A stretch of DNA of 64,000 nt from Prevotella sp. (GTDB taxonomy: Bacteria > Bacteroidota > Bacteroidia > Bacteroidales > Bacteroidaceae): contig JAEETD010000001.1 of NCBI GenBank assembly GCA_016290175.1, forward strand, positions 14,358 through 78,357, given 5' to 3'. Both the position numbers and the translations under genes were made by a program. The notes beneath the pieces are model-generated. The model did no database searches. It was not told the DNA's origin and saw only the letters and a list, made by a program, of their open reading frames with translations. Shown piece after piece: positions 1 through 9,426 of the stretch (positions are counted from its first letter, which is position 1; the number at the start of each line of letters is the position of its first letter).

Positions 1-158
1 ATATCATCGTCGCGGAGGTAAAGCACCTCCAGAGGGAAATTGTTTGACTGCACCAACAATGTACGCTTACTGGCACTGACCTTGATGTCAGCTTCAGCGA
101 GCAAATTCATCGTATCTTCGAAAAGACGGCCTTTTGACTGTACTGCGATTCTTAACAT
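1..158 (-). CDS. hisG: ATP phosphoribosyltransferase, 5' part (runs off window)
   Basis: Manual translation from ATG at 158: MLRIAVQSKGRLFEDTMNLL...FPLEVLYLRDDD, the typical HisG N-terminus (KGRL, RDDD). Confidence 0.92.
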   Translation of the reverse strand, partial: MLRIAVQSKGRLFEDTMNLLAEADIKVSASKRTLLVQSNNFPLEVLYLRDDD

Positions 159-194
159 ACTAACGTTAAAGTCTAATTACTCTTAATTCGGCTG

Positions 195-202
195 CAAAGG
201 TA
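195..202 (-). promoter_or_regulatory. Bacteroidota -7 promoter box (TACCTTTG) for hisG
   Basis: Matches TAnnTTTG about 35 nt upstream of the hisG start. Confidence 0.7.
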
Positions 203-205
203 CAA

Positions 206-246
206 AAAAAAGTAAAAAGGTAAAAAAGTAAAAAGGTAAAAAAGTG
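206..246. repeat. 9-bp tandem repeat (AAAAAGGTA/AAAAAAGTA) between divergent promoters
   Basis: aaaaagtaaaaaggtaaaaaagtaaaaaggtaaaaaagtg; the same motif recurs at about 20226-20262. Confidence 0.8.
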
Positions 247-265
247 AAAAATCAATTAATTTTCG

Positions 266-273
266 TACCTTTG
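266..273 (+). promoter_or_regulatory. -7 promoter box (TACCTTTG) for the lytic transglycosylase gene
   Basis: TAnnTTTG consensus just upstream of the ORF at 281. Confidence 0.65.
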
Positions 274-280
274 CAGCGAT

Positions 281-1405
281 TTGAAACGCAGAATAGTTCG
301 ATTAACTCCCTTGTTTGCAGTCTTGCTGCTCATCTCCTGCATAGAAAAGAAGCAGGAGCATATTGTCACGCCCTGGGGTGAAGTTCTTGATTCTGTAGAA
401 GTAACGGAAGGCTTCGACCTTCATGAGATACAACTGGGGGGGGAGTTGATCATGGCTACCATCAGCGGACCGCAGACCTACTACGATTATCATGGCAAAT
501 CCCTTGGCACACAGTATCTGTTGGTACAGCGCCTGGCTGATAAGTTGGGGGTGAAAGTCCGCGTGGAGGTGTGTAGGGATTCTTTAGAACTGGCCAGACA
601 ATTGGTTGAGAAAGAGATTGATATCGTAGCGTGGCCGACACCAGGACATTTGGAGGTTAAGTCTACTAAGCCCATCTTGGCGGAAGAATTAAAGGCGTGG
701 TATAAGCCGGAAATGGTGGCTGAAGTCCAGCAAGAGGAAACACGTCAGTTGACCGTTCAGCGCGTTAAGCGCAGGGTGTTCTCACCCATGTTGGACAAGA
801 AAGGTGGCATCATCTCCCATTACGATCATTATTTCCAACAGTATTCGCAGACCATTCGTTGGGATTGGCGCCTGATGGCTGCCCAATGCTATCAGGAATC
901 GACGTTTGATCCGAAGGCCGTATCCTTTGCTGGTGCCAAGGGTCTGATGCAGATTATGCCAGCTACAGCCGATCTCTTAGGACTGCCTCGGGATAAAATG
1001 TACGATCCGGAGCAGAACATTGCTGCCGCCGCCAAATACCTGGGACAGCTGGAAGGCAAACTGTCGGATATCAGAAACCGTGTGGAGCGCACAAATTTCG
1101 TTTTGGCAAGCTATAACGGCGGTATTCATCATATTCGTGACGCAATGGCTTTGGCACAGCGTGATGGCAAGAATCCTCATCTCTGGCGTGATGTGTCCGA
1201 CTATGTACTGAAATTGGCTTCTCCTCAGTATTATAACGACCCGATTGTCAAGCACGGTTATATGCGTGGTTCTGAGACGGTGGATTATGTGGCGAAGATC
1301 CGTCAGCGTCATCAGGGCTATATGGGTGTGAAGTCCCCTCACATGGGCTTCCATCCGAGTCAGCCACGAAAATCGGAGAAGCGCAAGAGCAAATACGATA
1401 TTTAA
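281..1405 (+). CDS. MltF-like lytic transglycosylase lipoprotein (partial solute-binding domain + SLT domain)
   Basis: Lipobox LLISC; SLT motifs YQESTFDPKAVSFAGAKGLMQIMP, ASYNGG and ETVDYV. Confidence 0.85.
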   Translation: MKRRIVRLTPLFAVLLLISCIEKKQEHIVTPWGEVLDSVEVTEGFDLHEIQLGGELIMATISGPQTYYDYHGKSLGTQYLLVQRLADKLGVKVRVEVCRDSLELARQLVEKEIDIVAWPTPGHLEVKSTKPILAEELKAWYKPEMVAEVQQEETRQLTVQRVKRRVFSPMLDKKGGIISHYDHYFQQYSQTIRWDWRLMAAQCYQESTFDPKAVSFAGAKGLMQIMPATADLLGLPRDKMYDPEQNIAAAAKYLGQLEGKLSDIRNRVERTNFVLASYNGGIHHIRDAMALAQRDGKNPHLWRDVSDYVLKLASPQYYNDPIVKHGYMRGSETVDYVAKIRQRHQGYMGVKSPHMGFHPSQPRKSEKRKSKYDI

Positions 1406-1421
1406 CCCGCTTTTTTACAAG

Positions 1422-1467
1422 GCCTTCCAACACTTGTTACATGGCTTCCCAAAAAGTGTTGGAAGGC
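1422..1467. repeat. 14-bp inverted repeat (REP-like element or terminator)
   Basis: gccttccaacactt-N18-aagtgttggaaggc between convergent genes. Confidence 0.6.
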
Positions 1468-1565
1468 TTTCCTGCAAAAATGCCGAAGCCATGCTGGCAT
1501 CAGATTACTTCGGGATGATACATGTCCTCCCTGCAAACGTATGGTAAGGTGCCGGCAACGGGGAT

Positions 1566-1600
1566 AAAAAAGAGGTCAGGCATTTGCCCGACCTCTTTAT
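1566..1600 (-). terminator. Intrinsic terminator of rpsA
   Basis: aaagaggtcaggca/tgcccgacctcttt stem, followed by a U-tract on the minus strand. Confidence 0.75.
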
Positions 1601-1620
1601 TGTATTATGGAAAGAAAGGA

Positions 1621-3405
1621 TTACTCGCCCTTCTTCTCCATCTGAGCCTTCAGCTGTGCGAGTACGTCGAGATCACCGAGAGTGGTGCTTGCTGCAACGT
1701 TCTCAACCTTTGGCGTCTCTTCCTTCTTGGCACGGGGAGCCTTCTTGGCGGCTGCCTTCTTCTCCTCACGAGCGGGATCCTCGAAGGTACGGCTGTGAGA
1801 GAGGATAATGCGCTTGCTGTCCTTGTTGAACTCAATCACCTTGAACTCGAGTGTCTCACCAGCCTGAGCCTGTGAGCCATCCTCCTTCTGCAGGTGCTTC
1901 GGAGTAGCAAAGCCCTCAACATCCTCGTCGAGCTGTACAACAGCACCCTTTTCGAGGAGCTCTGTGATCTTACCCTCGTGGATAGAACCAACGGTGTACT
2001 TAGCCTCGAATACATCCCAAGGATTGTCCTCAAGCTGCTTGTGGCCGAGAGACAGACGACGGTTCTCCTTGTCGATGTCAAGAACGATCACGTCAATCTC
2101 AGCACCTACCTGAGTGAACTCTGAAGGATGCTTCACCTTCTTTGTCCAAGAGAGGTCGCTGATGTGGATCAGACCGTCAACACCCTCCTCGAGCTCTACA
2201 AATACACCGAAGTTGGTGAAGTTGCGAACCTTGGCGGTGTGCTTGCTGCCAACAGGATACTTGGTCTCGATAGCCTCCCAGGGATCCTCGCGGAGCTGCT
2301 TGATACCGAGAGACATCTTGCGCTCGTCGCGATCGAGAGTCAGGATGACTGCCTCTACCTCTTCGCCAACCTTCAGGAACTCCTGAGCTGAGCGGAGGTG
2401 CTGGCTCCAAGACATCTCAGATACGTGGATCAGACCCTCAACACCGGGCTGGATCTCAACGAATGCACCGTAGTCAGCGAGCACGACAACCTTACCCTTC
2501 ACGTGGTCACCCACCTTGAGGTCAGCATCGAGAGCATCCCAAGGATGCGGAGTGAGCTGCTTCAGACCGAGGGCGATGCGCTTCTTTTCATCGTCGAAGT
2601 CGAGGATAACGACATTGATCTTCTGGTCGAGCTCTACCACCTTGTGAGGATCGTCTACGCGGCCCCAAGAAAGGTCTGTGATGTGGATGAGTCCGTCAAC
2701 ACCACCGAGGTCTACGAATACACCGTAAGAGGTGATGTTCTTGACAGTACCCTCGAGGATCTGACCCTTCTCCAGCTTACCGATGATCTCCTTCTTCTGA
2801 GCCTCGAGCTCCTGCTCGATGAGAGCCTTGTGAGAAACAACAACGTTGCGGAACTCCTGATTGATCTTCACGATCTTGAATTCCATCGTCTTACCCACGA
2901 ACTGATCATAGTCGCGTATGGGGTGAACGTCAATCTGTGAACCAGGCAGGAAGGCCTCGATGCCGAATACGTCGACAATCATACCGCCCTTCGTGCGGCA
3001 CTTGATATAACCCTGAACAATCTCTTCAGCGTCAAGGGCAGCGTTAACACGATCCCAAGACTTGCTCAGGCGTGCTTTCTTGTGCGAGAGAATCAGCTGA
3101 CCCTTCTTGTCCTCAGCACTCTCAACATAAACCTCTACAACGTCACCGATCTTCAGGTCGGGATTGTAGCGGAATTCTGAAGCGGGGATGATACCGTCGC
3201 TCTTGTAACCGATGTTGACAACTACTTCCTTCTTGTCAACAGAGATGACCTTACCGTCAACTACCTGATGGTCGGCTACCTTGTTCAGGGTTTCGTCGTA
3301 AGCCTTGTCAAGTTCTTCCTTGCTGATGTTGGCACTCGTGCCATTCTCGAACTCTTCCCAATTGAAATCGTCGAGCGGCTTAACGTTCTTTGTTAATTCT
3401 GACAT
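1621..3405 (-). CDS. rpsA: 30S ribosomal protein S1
   Basis: Six S1 repeats (e.g. YGVFVDLGGVDGLIHITDLSW; FGVFVELEEGVDGLIHISDLSW). Confidence 0.98.
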   Translation of the reverse strand: MSELTKNVKPLDDFNWEEFENGTSANISKEELDKAYDETLNKVADHQVVDGKVISVDKKEVVVNIGYKSDGIIPASEFRYNPDLKIGDVVEVYVESAEDKKGQLILSHKKARLSKSWDRVNAALDAEEIVQGYIKCRTKGGMIVDVFGIEAFLPGSQIDVHPIRDYDQFVGKTMEFKIVKINQEFRNVVVSHKALIEQELEAQKKEIIGKLEKGQILEGTVKNITSYGVFVDLGGVDGLIHITDLSWGRVDDPHKVVELDQKINVVILDFDDEKKRIALGLKQLTPHPWDALDADLKVGDHVKGKVVVLADYGAFVEIQPGVEGLIHVSEMSWSQHLRSAQEFLKVGEEVEAVILTLDRDERKMSLGIKQLREDPWEAIETKYPVGSKHTAKVRNFTNFGVFVELEEGVDGLIHISDLSWTKKVKHPSEFTQVGAEIDVIVLDIDKENRRLSLGHKQLEDNPWDVFEAKYTVGSIHEGKITELLEKGAVVQLDEDVEGFATPKHLQKEDGSQAQAGETLEFKVIEFNKDSKRIILSHSRTFEDPAREEKKAAAKKAPRAKKEETPKVENVAASTTLGDLDVLAQLKAQMEKKGE

Positions 3406-3549
3406 AATAAATAATTTGTTGCCCCTCGTTTGTTTGTCAGGGCAGGGTCTGAACAGACGTTTATCAGACCATCTTTAAAGGGTTAATAATCGATAGGAGC
3501 AAGCGCCTGTTCCGGCCCCTATTTCCCCCTTTGGGGGACAAAGCGGCTG

Positions 3550-3557
3550 CAAAGGTA
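3550..3557 (-). promoter_or_regulatory. -7 box (TACCTTTG) of rpsA, implying a ~135-nt 5' leader
   Basis: TAnnTTTG consensus; the leader contains several hairpins. Confidence 0.65.
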
Positions 3558-3621
3558 CTGCTTTTTTAGTGAATAGTGATGAGTGAATAGTGAATAGTCA
3601 GCTGATTTATGATAATTTAAC

Positions 3622-3660
3622 AAAAAAAAGAGGGCAAATCGATTCTGACCTGCCCTCTAT
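3622..3660 (-). terminator. Intrinsic terminator of gdhA
   Basis: agagggca...tgccctct stem, followed by T8 on the minus strand. Confidence 0.75.
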
Positions 3661-3680
3661 CGAATATTTGTGTTGGATTC

Positions 3681-5018
3681 TTACACGATGCCCTGAGCCA
3701 TCATGGCCTTGGCAACCTTCATGAAGCCGGCAACGTTAGCACCCTTCACATAGTTGATGTAGCCATCCTTCTCAGTACCGTACTTCACGCAGTTCTCGTG
3801 AATATCGTTCATGATGCGCTTCAGGTAATTATCTACCTCATCAGCAGTCCAACTCAGACGCTCGGAGTTCTGCGACATCTCCAGACCAGAAACTGATACA
3901 CCACCAGCGTTAGAAGCCTTACCAGGAGAGTAGAGGATCTTGGCATCCTGGAAGATCTTGATAGCCTCAGGAAGTGAAGGCATGTTAGCACCCTCAGCAA
4001 CGGCGATAACGCCATTCTTTACCAAAGCGGCAGCCTCGTCACCGTTAATCTCGTTCTGTGTTGCGCAAGGCAGAGCGATGTCGGCCTTCTCATACCAAGG
4101 ACGCTTGCCCTCGTAATACTTGGCTGTGGGATACTCCTCAACATACTCCTTGATACGTCCACGCTCCACGTTCTTCAGCTCCATGATGTAGTCGAGCTTA
4201 GCGCGATCGATACCATCGGGATCGTAGATATAACCGTCAGAGTCTGACATTGTCATGGGGATAGCACCGAGTTGCAGGCACTTCTCAGCAGCATACTGAG
4301 CTACGTTACCAGCACCTGAGATCAGCACTTTCTTGCCCTTGATGTCGATGTTGCGGGTCTGCAGCATTGAGCACAGGAAATATACGGTACCGTAACCAGT
4401 AGCCTCAGGACGGATCAGAGAACCACCGAAGGGGATACCCTTACCAGTGAGCACGCCTTGGAACTGGTGGGTGAGCTTCTTATACTGTCCGAAGAGATAA
4501 CCAACCTCACGGCCACCTACACCGATATCACCAGCGGGAACGTCCTCATCCGGACCAATCACGCGATACAGTTCATTCATGAATGCCTGGCAGAAACGCA
4601 TAACCTCTGCGTCGCTCTTACCACGAGGAGAGAAATCTGAACCTCCCTTTGCGCCACCCATAGGAAGTGTGGTCAGTGAATTCTTAAAGGTCTGCTCAAA
4701 GGCGAGGAACTTCAGAATACCGAGGTTCACACTCTTGTGATAACGGAGACCGCCTTTGTACGGGCCGATGGCGTTGTTGTGCTGGATACGGTAACCCATG
4801 TTTGTCTGAACCTTACCCTGATCGTCAACCCATGTGATACGGAACTCACATACTCTGTCGGGGATACACAGACGCTCAATCAGATTAGCCTTCTCAAACT
4901 CGGGGTGCTTGTTGTACTCCTCCTCGATAGTGGGAAGAACCTGAGAAACTGCCTGGATGTACTCCGGCTCATTGGGGAAGCGCTGCTTCAACTGCTCTAC
5001 AACTTGTGCTGCATTCAT
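3681..5018 (-). CDS. gdhA: Glutamate dehydrogenase (NADP-type)
   Basis: GPYKGGLR, GGAKGGSDF, DVPAGDIGVG, RPEATGYG, GKASNAGGV. Start placed at MNAAQV because a -7 box at 5079-5086 lies inside the longer ORF. Confidence 0.96.
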   Translation of the reverse strand: MNAAQVVEQLKQRFPNEPEYIQAVSQVLPTIEEEYNKHPEFEKANLIERLCIPDRVCEFRITWVDDQGKVQTNMGYRIQHNNAIGPYKGGLRYHKSVNLGILKFLAFEQTFKNSLTTLPMGGAKGGSDFSPRGKSDAEVMRFCQAFMNELYRVIGPDEDVPAGDIGVGGREVGYLFGQYKKLTHQFQGVLTGKGIPFGGSLIRPEATGYGTVYFLCSMLQTRNIDIKGKKVLISGAGNVAQYAAEKCLQLGAIPMTMSDSDGYIYDPDGIDRAKLDYIMELKNVERGRIKEYVEEYPTAKYYEGKRPWYEKADIALPCATQNEINGDEAAALVKNGVIAVAEGANMPSLPEAIKIFQDAKILYSPGKASNAGGVSVSGLEMSQNSERLSWTADEVDNYLKRIMNDIHENCVKYGTEKDGYINYVKGANVAGFMKVAKAMMAQGIV

Positions 5019-5291
5019 AATCTTTTTCTTTTTTAATTGTTTTACTGAATATTGATTGCAATTTTTAATTTTCGGTTGCAAAATTACATCAAAAATCTGA
5101 AATCGCAAACATTTTATCAACTTTTTAGCGAAATAAGTGTCTTTTTGTAACTTAATTGACATAAATCAAGGCAAAAAGACATATTTCTGCGGTTTTGCTG
5201 TGCTCGGGCACAAGTTTTTTGATGAAAAAAAATGTATTTGTATACGGATAATTAAAAAAAAACTTTGTATCTTTGCCACAAATTTTAAAGT

Positions 5292-7751
5292 ATGAGAAGA
5301 CGATTGTTCATATTGGTGTGGTTATTGGCCTGTGTCCTGTCTGTTATGGCAGTGACCAGCCGGCGTGTCTTCCAAGCTTATACTGCCAGTAATGGTCTGG
5401 CTGATAACAGTGCCCAGACCATTCGTTGTGCTACTTCTGGTCGACTGGTGATTACCACCATGGGACAGATAAATTTCTTCGATGGCAATCGTTTCTCCTT
5501 TATTGATCCCTCAAAAGAGAAGATGTACCCGTTGCCCAGCTATATTGGCAATTATCATGTCTACGTTGACAAATACCACCATATGTGGTTGAAAAACACG
5601 CATACTGTATCTTGTGTTGACCTGCTCACAGAGATGTTTGTCAATTCTATCGAAGATGAGTTCCATAAGTTCGGTATCAGCGAAGATGTGAAGGATTTAT
5701 TCGTAGATGGTGAGGGAGTTGCTTATCTTCTGACAGACAAAGGCTTGTTTTCGGTAGATTCCCGGAAATATTATAAAGTTCGCGAGAAATGTAACCTGCA
5801 AGACCTTGATACCTATAAGGAAAGGTACCTCTTGTTGTTCTATGAAACCGGTGTGGTAGATGTCCTCGAACTGTCTACGGGTACATCTGTCTATTCTTCT
5901 AAGGCCTATGGTGAGTTTGATGCCAGGAAGTACAACAGGTCATCTGTACTTTATAGAGATGATCATGTCTTCTATCAGATCCGCAATGGCGACAAGGAGG
6001 CAGTCCTGCAATCGTTCGATATCACAAAGTGGGAGTGGAGACAACTGATGGCATCACCCTATCATCTGAACAATCTGGATAAGCGTGGGCGTTATCTTTA
6101 TATTCCTTGCGAATATGGCTATTGGGTCTACGAGTTGGATACGGGTAAAGCGGGACATGTCGAAGAACTTAAGTTGATGGACGGTCGTGTGCTGACTACC
6201 GATATCAATGCCCTTTGTTTCGACCAACAAGGTGGAATGTGGATTGGCACCGAGAAATGGGGTCTGCTTTATTCACGCCCTAATAATCCGCCTTTTACTG
6301 TCTATACGTGGGATCAGCCCGAAGCTATGAAATATGATGCCATGATGGCCAATGTCCCGTCATACCGTACGTTCAAGGGCAAGACCGTCAATTGTCTTCT
6401 CAAGGACTCACGCGGATGGATCTGGGTCGGCACGCCCTCAGGAATACAGCTTTATCAGAAGGACTCCGACAATCTTCCTAAAGTCTTTTCCCGTCGCGAC
6501 GGATTGCTGAACAATGTGATCCACTCTATTGTGGAGGATAAACTGCATAACATCTGGGTGGGTACCAGTTATGGTGTCTCTTGTCTGATATTGGGAGACG
6601 ACGGCCGTCTTATAGATATTCTCAGCTACAATCAGTATGATAATGTCCCCGAGGAGTCGTTCGTTAACGGAAAGGCGCTCTGTCTGCCCGATAGCACTGT
6701 CGTCATGCAGTTGCTTGATCATGTCATTGCCTTTAATCCAAGTCAAATGCTGACGATCCATTCATCGATGGGGCTCAAACTCCATCCGGAAATCGTGGGC
6801 TTGATGATCAATGGAAATCGTGTACGTACGGGCGACGAAATGAATGGTAGGGTCATCCTCGACCGGGCGCTGATTCGTATGAGGGAGTTTAATTTTGACT
6901 ACGACCAGAATTCTCTTTCGCTGACGTTCTCCGCGCTCAACTATTTCCGTCCACAACAGACCTATTATCGCGTACGTATCAAGGAACAGGACGATGTCTG
7001 GAAAGTTATGACACCATATAATTCTCAGGGGATGGTGGATAGCAAGGGACAGTTCCACTTGCCGCTTCCTTCTTTGTCACCCGGTACCTATACGATTGAA
7101 CTGCAAGCGTCCATGAGTATCGAAGACTGGGATACGGAACCTCGTGAGTGGGTGATCCACATCAATGAGCCTTGGTGGCGTGCTACGGGATTGTTTGTTC
7201 TCCTGGGATTAGTACTTCTGGCCCTTTTCTTACTGAATGTCTTTCTCTATGTGCGTAATTCGAATATGCGTTTGCGCCGTATCAGTGAGGAGAAAGTCAT
7301 TCTCCGTCGCATCAAGATGTTTACCGAGCGCTGTACCCATACTAAAGATGAGGTGTTGGTTCCCGCGATAGAGGAAATTATGGGTACTGGTGGCGAAGCA
7401 TCCAATAATCTGAGCGATGAGTTCATTCGGACGATGCTGAAGCTGATCGACTTTGTTGAGAATAAGCGCATTCCACAATTGTCAATGAAGATGTTGAGTG
7501 AAAAGGCGGGTATGGATCTGCAGGGTTTCTATAAACTCATCAATGCAAATATTTACAAAGACCCGCGCACTCTTGTCAAAAAGGTGAGGTTGATTCGTGC
7601 AGAGAAAATGCTTCGGAACTCGGGTGAGGATATTGCAGATATCGCAAGGAAATGCCAGTTCTCAACTCCCAATTATTTCATTGCCTCTTTCTTCCGTGAG
7701 TATCACATGCTCCCTGAAGAGTATAGGCGGAAGGCTGTCAACCGCCAGTAA
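5292..7751 (+). CDS. Membrane-spanning AraC-family regulator (periplasmic beta-propeller/Y_Y_Y sensor, TM helix, AraC HTH)
   Basis: Signal peptide; Reg_prop repeats (DQQGGMWIGT, DSRGWIWVGT, DKLHNIWVGT); LSPGTYTIEL; TM after PWW; C-terminal IADIARKCQFSTPNYFIASFFREYHMLPEEYR. Confidence 0.85.
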   Translation: MRRRLFILVWLLACVLSVMAVTSRRVFQAYTASNGLADNSAQTIRCATSGRLVITTMGQINFFDGNRFSFIDPSKEKMYPLPSYIGNYHVYVDKYHHMWLKNTHTVSCVDLLTEMFVNSIEDEFHKFGISEDVKDLFVDGEGVAYLLTDKGLFSVDSRKYYKVREKCNLQDLDTYKERYLLLFYETGVVDVLELSTGTSVYSSKAYGEFDARKYNRSSVLYRDDHVFYQIRNGDKEAVLQSFDITKWEWRQLMASPYHLNNLDKRGRYLYIPCEYGYWVYELDTGKAGHVEELKLMDGRVLTTDINALCFDQQGGMWIGTEKWGLLYSRPNNPPFTVYTWDQPEAMKYDAMMANVPSYRTFKGKTVNCLLKDSRGWIWVGTPSGIQLYQKDSDNLPKVFSRRDGLLNNVIHSIVEDKLHNIWVGTSYGVSCLILGDDGRLIDILSYNQYDNVPEESFVNGKALCLPDSTVVMQLLDHVIAFNPSQMLTIHSSMGLKLHPEIVGLMINGNRVRTGDEMNGRVILDRALIRMREFNFDYDQNSLSLTFSALNYFRPQQTYYRVRIKEQDDVWKVMTPYNSQGMVDSKGQFHLPLPSLSPGTYTIELQASMSIEDWDTEPREWVIHINEPWWRATGLFVLLGLVLLALFLLNVFLYVRNSNMRLRRISEEKVILRRIKMFTERCTHTKDEVLVPAIEEIMGTGGEASNNLSDEFIRTMLKLIDFVENKRIPQLSMKMLSEKAGMDLQGFYKLINANIYKDPRTLVKKVRLIRAEKMLRNSGEDIADIARKCQFSTPNYFIASFFREYHMLPEEYRRKAVNRQ

Positions 7752-8941
7752 TTATCATTGATGCCACGATAATAGACAAGTACCTGATAACGGTTTTCCG
7801 TCTGATAGAAGTTTCCTTCTGATGGTGCTAACCGCAGGGTACCGTCGGGTTGTTGCCAAAGGTAATGATATGAGTAGTAGCCCTGTTTCTGCAGAATCCG
7901 TGCCGTATACATTTCTTCCTTCGCATCGTAGGTCATCTCATAGGTCTCTGGGTTGGCGTCTGTTGTCCACCATCCGTCAATGATCATCTTGCCTGCAAGC
8001 AGTTCAGGACATTTCATCCGATATACCACCCATACATACTCACAGGTGGTCTCGATCTGCCAGTTGTCGCTGTTGCGGATCAAGAACGAGCCGTTGGCAT
8101 CCTCGTCGTAGAGATAGTGCGGACGGGGTTCGTCTGTAAAGGGGTATACCTCATACGCTTCGCCGTTCCAATGGATATAGTCGATGCCCATCGTGGGATG
8201 ACTCACATCGAGCACCTCGTATTTCCGGTATTCATTGCCAGCGTCAAAGATCAGTTCGCGGGCGTGCTGCCACTCGGCACTGCTGCTGGTGAGGATGGTG
8301 GGCTTGGGATTGATTATCCAATTGTCCTCACGTCCGTTCTGCATCACCACCACCCGTAATTGGTTGGCAGGATCAGTTACGCGTTCCACACCGAAGTTGA
8401 GTTTCAGCGACAGCTGCTGATGACTCACGTTGGTGTCGATATCTGTGTTGGTGGTGATAGAGGCGGTCAATGGCATCGACTGTTCAGCAACGCAGAAATC
8501 GATGGTCATAACCTCGCGCTCGTCTCCCTCGTTTTCACAGATATGGATGCGGTAATTGCCGCTCAGACGGAGGCGCATACGAACGTTGGGTATCTGGAAC
8601 CTGTAGTGGGTATAGGCCACGGTGGTGTTCACCGAAGGGTCGTAGTCATCGATGGGGTTGTTGTTGAATCCCTCCAGCCAGTCGCTCTCGAAGAGTGATG
8701 TCGATGGTGTCCAGTCTGCCTCGCAGTGCTCCACTCGGTATGTGTAGTGATGATAGTCGTGCGAGAGTTCGTCGAAGTCCACGTGGAGTACATCATTAGT
8801 ATTCAACCTCATCACAGCGGGCGACAGCCAGTTTTGGTTTACCACCACCTGCAGCGATTTAATCTGCGGGTCGATGATTCTGCTTTTGGCGGTGATGGCC
8901 ATCGGCAGGAGCACGAGAACAAAGATAATGAGTCGTCTCAT
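7703..8941 (-). CDS. DUF5103-family secreted protein (T9SS plug-like)
   Basis: Signal peptide; FDELSHDYH..YRVEHCEADW, LSGNY, FDAGNEYR, KQGYYSY, EGNFYQTENRY. Confidence 0.75.
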   Translation of the reverse strand: MRRLIIFVLVLLPMAITAKSRIIDPQIKSLQVVVNQNWLSPAVMRLNTNDVLHVDFDELSHDYHHYTYRVEHCEADWTPSTSLFESDWLEGFNNNPIDDYDPSVNTTVAYTHYRFQIPNVRMRLRLSGNYRIHICENEGDEREVMTIDFCVAEQSMPLTASITTNTDIDTNVSHQQLSLKLNFGVERVTDPANQLRVVVMQNGREDNWIINPKPTILTSSSAEWQHARELIFDAGNEYRKYEVLDVSHPTMGIDYIHWNGEAYEVYPFTDEPRPHYLYDEDANGSFLIRNSDNWQIETTCEYVWVVYRMKCPELLAGKMIIDGWWTTDANPETYEMTYDAKEEMYTARILQKQGYYSYHYLWQQPDGTLRLAPSEGNFYQTENRYQVLVYYRGINDNYWRLTAFRLYSSGSM

Positions 8942-8944
8942 AGG

Positions 8945-9415
8945 CTATTCGTGATGGTAAGGTTCTTTTTTAATAATTGTGCACGCGCGATAAATTTGTT
9001 CGGTAAATACTAATCTAACCATCTGGTGAGAGAAGGTCAGTTTCGAGAGCGACAGCTGCTCGTTGGCGCGGTTGTAGATGGCCTTCGAGAAACCGTAAGG
9101 ACCTCCGATTACGAACATTAGTCGGCGTGCGGTCTGCTGCTTCTGTTCCAACCACTTGGCCAGTTCTATACTCCGCAGCTCCTTGCCGTGCTCGTCGAGC
9201 AGCACGACAGTGTCCGATGGCTGTATCTGCTTCAGGATCAATTCTCCTTCCATTGTCTTCTGCTGCTCTTCCGAGAGACTCTTCGTGTTCTTGAGTTCGG
9301 GAATGGTCACGATGTCGAAGGGCATATAGTGGCCGATGCGCTCAGCATAGTCACTGATGCCAGCCTGGAAATGCTTGTCGGTGGTCTTGCCCACGAGAAT
9401 GAGTATCGTTTTCAC
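8945..9415 (-). CDS. rlmH: 23S rRNA (pseudouridine1915-N3)-methyltransferase
   Basis: FVIGGPYG, SLSKLTFSHQMVRLVFTEQIYRA, PYHHE. Confidence 0.96.
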   Translation of the reverse strand: MKTILILVGKTTDKHFQAGISDYAERIGHYMPFDIVTIPELKNTKSLSEEQQKTMEGELILKQIQPSDTVVLLDEHGKELRSIELAKWLEQKQQTARRLMFVIGGPYGFSKAIYNRANEQLSLSKLTFSHQMVRLVFTEQIYRACTIIKKEPYHHE

Positions 9416-9426
9416 CTTTTTTACCT

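Noticed and set aside
191-277. 13-bp inverted repeat gctgcaaaggtac/gtacctttgcagc as an invertible promoter
   Set aside because: It is explained by two divergent TACCTTTGCA -7 boxes. The same arrangement recurs at other divergent gene pairs, and no recombinase is nearby.
5019-5162. N-terminal extensions in the ORF track (gdhA; also uxuA, the lipid kinase, GHL10 and the 27348 start)
   Set aside because: The extensions run through AT-rich promoter DNA containing -7 boxes; downstream starts match the family N-termini.
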